Shown here: positions 41,155 to 47,619 of the stretch, in pieces
Layout: each line of letters opens with the position of its first letter
Numbering within the stretch: position 1 is the first letter of the stretch
Origin: an uncultured Gemmatimonadaceae bacterium
Lineage (GTDB): Bacteria; Gemmatimonadota; Gemmatimonadetes; Gemmatimonadales; Gemmatimonadaceae
DNA: 47,619 nucleotides
Assembly: GCA_963822945.1 (NCBI GenBank)
Contig: CAWGJO010000013.1
Coordinates: 1 to 47,619 of the forward strand
Reading direction: 5' to 3'
Translations under genes and position numbers: made by a program
The notes under the pieces: generated by a model
Databases searched by the model: none
Seen by the model: the letters and a program-made list of their open reading frames with translations, nothing else
What the model was told of the DNA's origin: nothing

Positions 41155-41265
41155 GTCTACGGTTGCGCAACGGTAGCGGACGAAGCGCCGGCGGAGTGCC
41201 GCGAGTCTGTTCGTATCGCGTGCGATCCGCCGGCGACGCTCGGGAACTCTCGGACACGACGGTCG

Positions 41266-42102
41266 TCAGATGCCGAGCGAAAATTGGCGGGTCGTCCCGC
41301 GCCTGGTTTCGCTCCAGAACTTCCTGCCCGCGGCGCTCTTGCTATAAAAGGCGAGCACATACAGGAACACGCCCTTCCCAGTAACCTTGATGGGGTGGAC
41401 ATCAGACGCGGCCGAGGGATAACCGAGTCCCTGCATGGCCTTGTCGAATTTCGTGAGCAAAAAGTGAATCGGCTTCGTGCCCCGCTTGTATTCATTGCGC
41501 CAGTTCGGATCGTCGATCAGGTCGCCGATCCGCGCCGACTCCGGATCCTCGAGGTACGTGCGAAAATTTCGCCGACCGTCGACGCCCAGCATGAGGAGAA
41601 TCAGAAAATCCACGCGGAGATCGGCGAGTGCACGGATCGTACTGAAACGAAGCTGTAGATCGAACGGGTCTACGAAGCAGAACGACAGGAGCCCCCGATT
41701 CCGACTGAATGGAGGTAGCGCGTCGCGCACCCGTGGGATGCTCTCGTTCACGTCGCCCGGGATGATCGTGATGCGAGCCGCACCCCGAAGTGGGCGTACT
41801 CGCTCGGTCAACGCCGCGATACACGCAGGATCGTTGTCGACGTAGACGTAGTCGGTGAACCTCGGCTGCTGACGAAGTACGGCTAACGCGGAGGTCTCGA
41901 TGTGCTCGTGTGTATCCGAGAGGGTCCCGCGGCCAGCACCGGAGTAGAGGCCGATGTATGCCAACTGCGGCCAGCTTCGCGCCATCGCCGCAGCAAAGAT
42001 GTGGGCGTATTGGTTGTGGAGATGAATCTTCTCCACCGAATGTGGCTTGATCTCTGGTGTGTAGAGACCGTCTGGCGGGACGACGACCGGCTCATCAGCC
42101 AT
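41266..42102 (-). CDS. tcmP: Three-Cys-motif partner protein TcmP (SAM-methyltransferase-like fold)
   Basis: HSVEK....QY, YIGLYSGAG, GDVN, FCFVDPF, LYVLAFYSK...G.KFW; GGAGG RBS; directly downstream of the DUF5131 gene. Confidence 0.85.
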   Translation of the reverse strand: MADEPVVVPPDGLYTPEIKPHSVEKIHLHNQYAHIFAAAMARSWPQLAYIGLYSGAGRGTLSDTHEHIETSALAVLRQQPRFTDYVYVDNDPACIAALTERVRPLRGAARITIIPGDVNESIPRVRDALPPFSRNRGLLSFCFVDPFDLQLRFSTIRALADLRVDFLILLMLGVDGRRNFRTYLEDPESARIGDLIDDPNWRNEYKRGTKPIHFLLTKFDKAMQGLGYPSAASDVHPIKVTGKGVFLYVLAFYSKSAAGRKFWSETRRGTTRQFSLGI

Positions 42103-42111
42103 CGAGCCTCC

Positions 42112-42876
42112 TTACATCACGATGGATGGGTACTCGCTCCACGTTCTGCCGTCGAGCATCCGGCCTCCGGCCTTTGGAGTTCGGCCGCCGACCTGCTTGA
42201 AGAAGAATGGAACGCCGGCCTCGAGACAGGCATCCCGTACGGTCCGGATCCACTCGAGAGCAACGGGCCGGTGCCGGATTCCACTTTCGCCACCAGCGAT
42301 GACCCAATGAATTCCACCGAGATTCACCCGGATGGGTCCCAACAGCGGTTCGCATGACAGGAAGCGAATGTCGGCATCGATCCGGCGCAATTGCTCGACT
42401 CGGAAGCTCACCCGCTGGTTCTCGATTGACGTGCCGAGCCAGATGTGGCCCGGCACGCGCCCTCCCGCGAAGAGGTCGACGTTTGCGCGCAAAAAGCGCT
42501 CCATGCGCGCTGGTCGCTTGGTGAGGACCTGAAACACGTGGCGGTCGGCCCTGAGCATGACTTCGAATACCGCCCGGACGTACGTCGACGGGACGTCGGT
42601 GTGGAAGAGATCCGCCATGCTATTCACGAATACGCGACGTGGCGCACGCCACCGCAACGGGTCGGTCAACCGCTCTGGCCAGAGACGGACCGCGAACGGA
42701 TCTCGTCGATTGCCCGGAGTATCGCGCTCCGGTTGGCGTGCCGTGTATTCATCACGCAGGAGCCGATGCGCCAATGTCAGCGCGTAGCAGTTGTCGCATC
42801 CTGCGCTGACCTGCGTACACCCTGTGACAGGGTTCCACGTGGAGTCGGTCCACTCGATGCCACTTCGCGTCGACAT
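42112..42876 (-). CDS. DUF5131 (phage Gp37/Gp68, PF07505) radical-SAM-like protein
   Basis: IEWTDSTWNPVTGCTQVSAGCDNCYA (Cx6Cx2C), VFVNSMADLFH, FQVLTKRP, RFLSCEPLLG, WVIAGGESG, FFFKQVGG. Confidence 0.95.
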   Translation of the reverse strand: MSTRSGIEWTDSTWNPVTGCTQVSAGCDNCYALTLAHRLLRDEYTARQPERDTPGNRRDPFAVRLWPERLTDPLRWRAPRRVFVNSMADLFHTDVPSTYVRAVFEVMLRADRHVFQVLTKRPARMERFLRANVDLFAGGRVPGHIWLGTSIENQRVSFRVEQLRRIDADIRFLSCEPLLGPIRVNLGGIHWVIAGGESGIRHRPVALEWIRTVRDACLEAGVPFFFKQVGGRTPKAGGRMLDGRTWSEYPSIVM

Positions 42877-43188
42877 GAGGCCGAATATAGCCCGAAGCGC
42901 GCCATTCGCCACGCTCGATTTGCGGCGGGCCGGAGCATTCGAGCCCAACCCCGACACAGGCGGTTTCTCGTCACCATCACCCCCCCGGTCACCCGCTGCG
43001 CGCCCGACAGCCACGGCTGGATGTTCTCCTTGTTGTTTAGCCGCACGACGGAGAACGCCTGGCATTCCGCTCCAGGATTGGCCGGCTACCGCCACGCTTG
43101 CCTCCCGATGTACTTGGCGGTACTCTCGCGTCGTCCCCGTAGAGCAGTCCCTACCCGCAACTCTGCCCGTCCGCACCCGGAGGGTTTC

Positions 43189-45173
43189 ATGCCAGTCATT
43201 AGAGGAGGCCGCGCGGCGCGCCGCCTGCCCACTTGGCTCCTGCTGTCCCTCGTGCTCGCCGTTCCTTCGGCCCTCGCCGCCCAGCGCGGCGATCCCGTGG
43301 AAGCGCTCCGCGCCCAACGCAACGCCATCGAGAAGCAGCTCGAGCAGGTGGCGATCATCGACCGCAGCGTCATGGTTCCCATGCGCGACGGCAAGCGCAT
43401 GCTGGCCGACGTCTACCGTCCCAAGAACGCCACGGGGCCGGTGCCCATCGTCTTCGTCCGCACGCCGTACAACTTCAACTGGTGGGACGTGAAGAACGGC
43501 GCCCCGCGCGACATGAGCCGCCAGTTGGAAGCGGTCGGCGCGGCTACGCCTACATCGAGATGGACGAGCGCGGACACTTCTACTCCGAGGGCAACTACGA
43601 CATCCTCGGTCCCCCGCTCACCGACGGCGAGGACGCCATCAAGTGGATGGCCTCGCAGCCCTGGTCCAACGGGAAGGTGGGACTCACCGGGTGCTCGTCC
43701 ACGGCCGAATGGCAGCTCGGCGTGGTCGACCGAGAACGACCCCGGGCTCGCCACCTTCAACGTGCAGGGCTTCGGCGCCGGCGTCGGACAGGTGGGCCCC
43801 TACTACGAGCAGGGCAACTGGTTCCGCGGCGGCGCGGTGCAGATGCTGTTCATCACCTGGCTGTACGGCGAGCAGAACCAGATCCGTCCCATGCTCGCGC
43901 CGGGCACGCCGCAGGCCGACATCACGCTCGCCCGCAAGATGTTCGACCTCGCCCCGCAGATGCCGCCGGTGGACTGGTCGGCGCAGCTCTGGCACCTGCC
44001 CGAGGACAGCATCATCAGTTCGATGGGCGGCCCGCCGGGGATCTTCGACACCAAGATGCCGGTGCCCACGGGCGGCAACATGATCGCCCGTACGCCCAAC
44101 GACCCGGCGTGGTACAAGGGCGGGCTCTGGCACGCCAACACCATGCCCATCGCCAAGCCCGGGCTCTGGTTCATGAGCTGGTACGACGTGTCGGTGTCGC
44201 CCAACCTGGCGGCCTACAACTACGTGCGGCAGCACGCGCCGGGTGACATCGGCAACGAGCAGTACGCCATCATCGCCCCGGTGCTGCACTGCGCGTACAC
44301 GCGCGCCACCAAGAACACCATGATCGGCGACCTGGACGTGGGCGACGCGCGGCTGCCGTACGACTCGATCATGTACGCGCTGGTTCGACCACTTCATGAA
44401 GGGCGACGAGAACGGCGTCCTCCAGAAGCGGCCCAAGGTGCAGTACTACGTGATCGGGCTCAACCAGTGGAAGTCGTCGCCCACGTGGCCGCCCGCCGGG
44501 CGCCACGCCCAAGACCTTCTACCTGCACAGCGCGGGCAGCGCCAACACGATGTACGGCGACGGCAGTCTGAACGACGCGCCGCAGGCCAAGCCCGCCCCC
44601 GACCGGTTCACCTACGATCCGATGAACCCGGTGCCCACCTTCGGCGGCGGCGGGTGCTGCGAGGGGAACGCCGTGCACTTCGGCTCCTTCGACCAGCGCA
44701 CCATCGAGGCGCGCAACGACGTGCTGGTCTACACCACCGACCCGTTCAAGGAAGGGGTGGAGATGAGCGGGCCGATCACGGTCACGCTGTACGTCTCGTC
44801 CAATCGCAAGGACACCGACTTCACCTGGCGCATCGACGACGTCTATCCCGACGGGCGCGCCTTCAACCTGATCGAGAACATCCAGCGCATGCGCTACCGC
44901 GACGGCTACGACAAGCCCGAGGTGTGGATGCAGCCGGGCAAGGTGTACAAGGTGACCTTCCAGCCCATCGACTTCAGCAACTACTTCAAGCCGGGGCACC
45001 GGCTGCGCCTGGAGATCTCGAGCAGCAACTTCCCGCGCTTCGACAGGAATCTGAACACCGGCGGGAACAACTACGACGAGAGTTCAGGCCTCGTCGCCAA
45101 GAATGCGGTGCATCACGACAAGATGTATCCGTCGGCGGTGACGATTACTGTCGTACCGAACGGCGGGAATTGA
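43189..45173 (+). CDS. Secreted CocE/NonD family hydrolase (peptidase S15), several frameshifts
   Basis: [79 protein letters not shown]. Confidence 0.9.
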
Positions 45174-45180
45174 GCGGAAC

Positions 45181-45323
45181 GACAGTCGAGAGTCATCAGC
45201 CGACAGTCGACAGTGAACAGTGAATAGGGAATGGGGGAGCGGCGCTCGCGCCGCTCCCCCATTCGCTTCTTGACTGTCCGACTGTCCGACTGTCCGCTTC
45301 GTCCGACTGTCCGACTCTCCGCC
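45181..45323 (+). repeat. Composite element copy A: heptamer array, GC hairpin, TTCGCTTCTT, (GACTGTCC)n
   Basis: gacagtc gagagtc atcagcc gacagtc gacagtg aacagtg; hairpin 45229-45264; octamers 45272-45320. Confidence 0.85.
45229..45271 (+). terminator. Probable intrinsic terminator
   Basis: 16-bp stem GAATGGGGGAGCGGCG/CGCCGCTCCCCCATTC followed by GCTTCTT. Confidence 0.65.
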
Positions 45324-45324
45324 T

Positions 45325-46309
45325 TCAGTTCACGACGTCCACCTCATTATTCTCATTCGCAATCACCGCCGTCGTCCCCGCGGCATCGAACGCCACGCGG
45401 CGCGGTGAACCTCCCGTGTCCAGCGTGTTCAGCACACCGCCCGTGGCCGCGTCGAGGACGGTCACGATGCCCAACGTCGGCGACGTCACGTAGAGCTGCG
45501 TCCCGTCCACCGTGGGGCGCATGCCGAACGCGTCGGGCACGGAGAACCGGCCCATCGTGGCCAGGGTGCCGGCGTCGAGCACGTCCACCCAGCCGGTCTG
45601 GTTCGGCCACGTACAGCCTGGTGCCGTCGCGGGAGAGCGCGACGTCCTGCGGTGAGCCGCCCACCACCATGGAATCCTGCACCGCGCCGGTGGCGGCGTT
45701 CACCCGGAACACCGTGCCGTCGGTGGACGAGACGTACAGCTCGCTGCCGGTCGAGTTCAGCGCCATCCCCTGCAGCGCGCCGCCGAGCGGGATGGTATCG
45801 ACCACCGCCATGGTCGCCGTCGAGACCACGTAGACGTGCCCGTCCACCGACGAGACGTACAGCCGTTGCGCCGTGGCGGAGAGCGCCAGCCGGTACGCGT
45901 TGGCGCCCACCTGCGCCAGCGGCTGCGACGTGCCCAGCGAGACGTTGATCACGCGGACGGTGCCGTCGTTGTAGCCGCTCACGTAGGCCGTCTTGCCGGT
46001 GGGGTCGAACAGCACGTCGCCCGGGTCCGCCCCAACCGGGATCTGCGTGCCCACGGTCTTCGACACCAGTTCCACGGGCAGCACGCTGTTCAGGTCCTGC
46101 AGGGTCACGTACACCTGGCCGGTGGGCGAGACTGCGATGCCGAACGGTCGCCCGGCCGGCGTGGCGATCGGCGCGGCGAGCACGCCGCGCGGGTGCGCCG
46201 GCGACGAGGGGCCGGACTTGGGGCCGGTGCTGTTGCCGCACGCGGCGAGCGTGGCCAGGGATGCGAGGGCGAGGGGCAGGACTGAGGCGGTGGTGCGGGT
46301 AGCGGGCAT
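45325..46309 (-). CDS. YncE/YVTN-like beta-propeller lipoprotein, frameshift near 45600
   Basis: LAAC lipobox; repeats PFGIAVSPTG, IPVGADPGDV, VVGGSPQDVALSRDGTRLYV, TGGSPRRVAFDAAG. Confidence 0.8.
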
Positions 46310-46395
46310 GATGACGGGTCGAGTGGACGGGTCCAGGCGTTGTCTGTCAAAATTATGACGCCTGAGCCGGCCGCGGTGTTCCAATCGCACAAAAT

Positions 46396-46553
46396 CGGTA
46401 GGTCGGTAGGTCGGTGGGTCGGTCAGGTCAGACAGTCGGACAGTCGGACAGTCGGACAGTCAAGAAGCGAAGGGGGAGCGGCGTCGGTGACGCCGCTCCC
46501 CCTTCCGTCTTCCACTGTCGACTGAAAGCTGTCGACTGATCACTCTCGACTCG
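46396..46553 (-). repeat. Composite element copy B (inverted relative to copy A)
   Basis: Minus strand: gagagtg atcagtc gacagct ttcagtc gacagtg; hairpin 46469-46505; TTCGCTTCTT GACTGTCC x3, then GACCTACC-type octamers. Confidence 0.85.
46462..46505 (-). terminator. Probable intrinsic terminator
   Basis: 17-bp stem GAAGGGGGAGCGGCGTC/GACGCCGCTCCCCCTTC followed by GCTTCTT on the minus strand. Confidence 0.65.
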
Positions 46554-46554
46554 G

Positions 46555-47619
46555 TCAGCGCCCCCCACGTCCTCCTCTTCCACCCCGCCTCCCACGCGCC
46601 GGCGGGCTCAAGTCCACCCCCGCCGCCTTCAGCGCCGCCTCGAACGCCGGAATGTCCTTCGTCCGCACGCGCGCCAGCTTTGCCTCCGCCGCCCTCAGAT
46701 CGCCCGGCAGGCTCGCCAGATTGCTCCGCTGCTCGGCGGTCGGCTCGAAGGTCACGTTCGTGAGATACGCCATCCCCTGCACCTTCTGGGTGATGGTGAG
46801 CTTCACCGGCTGGTCTGGGGTGTTGTCCTCCGGACCGCCGCCGAAGCCGAACTGGCCCGGGCAGCGAATCCCGCCCGCAGCGCCTCGGCCGCCGCGTCCG
46901 CCCCCACGGCCACCGCGCCCGCCACCCGCCGAGCCGATGTCGCAGTACACGTCGGTCACCGCGCTGTCGAGCTGGGCGAGCTGCGTCTTGAGCGCCGGCG
47001 TCAGCTTGTCGGAAGCGCGGTCGGCGGCCGCCTTGAGCGGCGCGTACGCTGCCGCCATCGAGTCCACGCGCTCCTGCGCCGGACGCAGCGACTCCTGGAA
47101 CTTGGCGTAGCCCAGCCGGAACCGGTCGAGGCTCTCGAGGTCGCTCTGCGCCATCACCTGGTTGGCGTCCTTGGTGAGGTTGAAGCTCCGGTTGATGATC
47201 GTGGTCGCGCCGCCGCCGGCGGGGGTCACCGTGAGCCGAGCCGTGTAGCGGCCGGGGACCACGGGATAGGTGACCTCGCCGCCCCACGTCCGCGCCCGAA
47301 GAAGCCGCCGCCGAACCAGCCGCCGCTCCGCTTCTCGCCTCCTCGGCGCGCGCGTCGATGGCGCTGTCGGTGGGCACCGCGCCCGTGAGCGGCGGTCCCG
47401 CCTTCATGTCCCACTCCACGCGGTGCATCCCCGCCGTCTTGTCGTCGCTGGTGAGCGGCAGCGTGCGAATCGTCGTTCCCGCCGCGTCTACGATGTCTAC
47501 CCGTAGTTTTCTGTCCGACTGTCCGACTGTCCGATGTCCGACTATCAGGTACGTAATCATCGCTCCGTATTCCGGATTCTCCCCCTCGAACCCGTAGCTC
47601 GTCATCCCGCTGTTGTGCG
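46555..47619 (-). CDS. C-terminal part of a large secreted BNR/VPS10-type glycosyl-hydrolase-like protein; frameshift near 47270-47300; 5' part outside window
   Basis: FEGENPEYGAMITYL, VDIVDAAGTTIRTL, GMHRVEWDM, VVPGRYTARLTV, then a helical tail with PTAEQ. Confidence 0.7.
47511..47543 (-). repeat. Octamer array (GTCGGACA)n inside a coding sequence
   Basis: ctgtccga x3 plus tgtccgact, translated on the minus strand as VGHRTVGQSDR. Confidence 0.85.

Noticed and set aside
41155..43188. Prophage or integrative element around the DUF5131 gene
   Set aside because: No integrase, structural genes, tRNA or recognisable att direct repeats.
42877..43317. N-terminal extension of DUF5131 (401-aa ORF)
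   Set aside because: Family similarity begins at MSTRSGIEWTD (42876); the extension overlaps the CocE start on the opposite strand.

Overview
GC-rich bacterial chromosomal segment. The gene content (Ser/Thr kinases with beta-propeller sensors, PadR plus ADOP-type permease, BlaI/M56, many secreted hydrolases) suggests Gemmatimonadota or a similar soil lineage; this is inference. About 40 CDS can be supported: a GH89 gene behind a PotABCD-type ABC operon, two kinases, MBL, serine and alpha/beta hydrolases, tricorn protease, MenA-like prenyltransferase, polyphosphate glucokinase, an RHH/PIN toxin-antitoxin pair, DoxX, FabZ-like, TMEM175, a probable sialidase-like/GH29 fucosidase fusion, M61 peptidase, cysteine synthase, a DUF5131 + TcmP pair, CocE/NonD hydrolase, a YncE-like propeller and the 3' end of a BNR/VPS10-type protein. 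About ten genes are broken by small indels, most likely long-read errors. I found no rRNA, tRNA, CRISPR, integrase or transposase. Two signals stand out. First, a dispersed family of tandem-repeat elements built on (GTCGGnnn)n octamers: they combine with heptamer arrays, a conserved hairpin or G-runs, bracket one gene as inverted copies, and have entered two reading frames. Second, a compositionally distinct DUF5131-TcmP cassette whose TcmP ends in a possible beta-clamp-binding motif.
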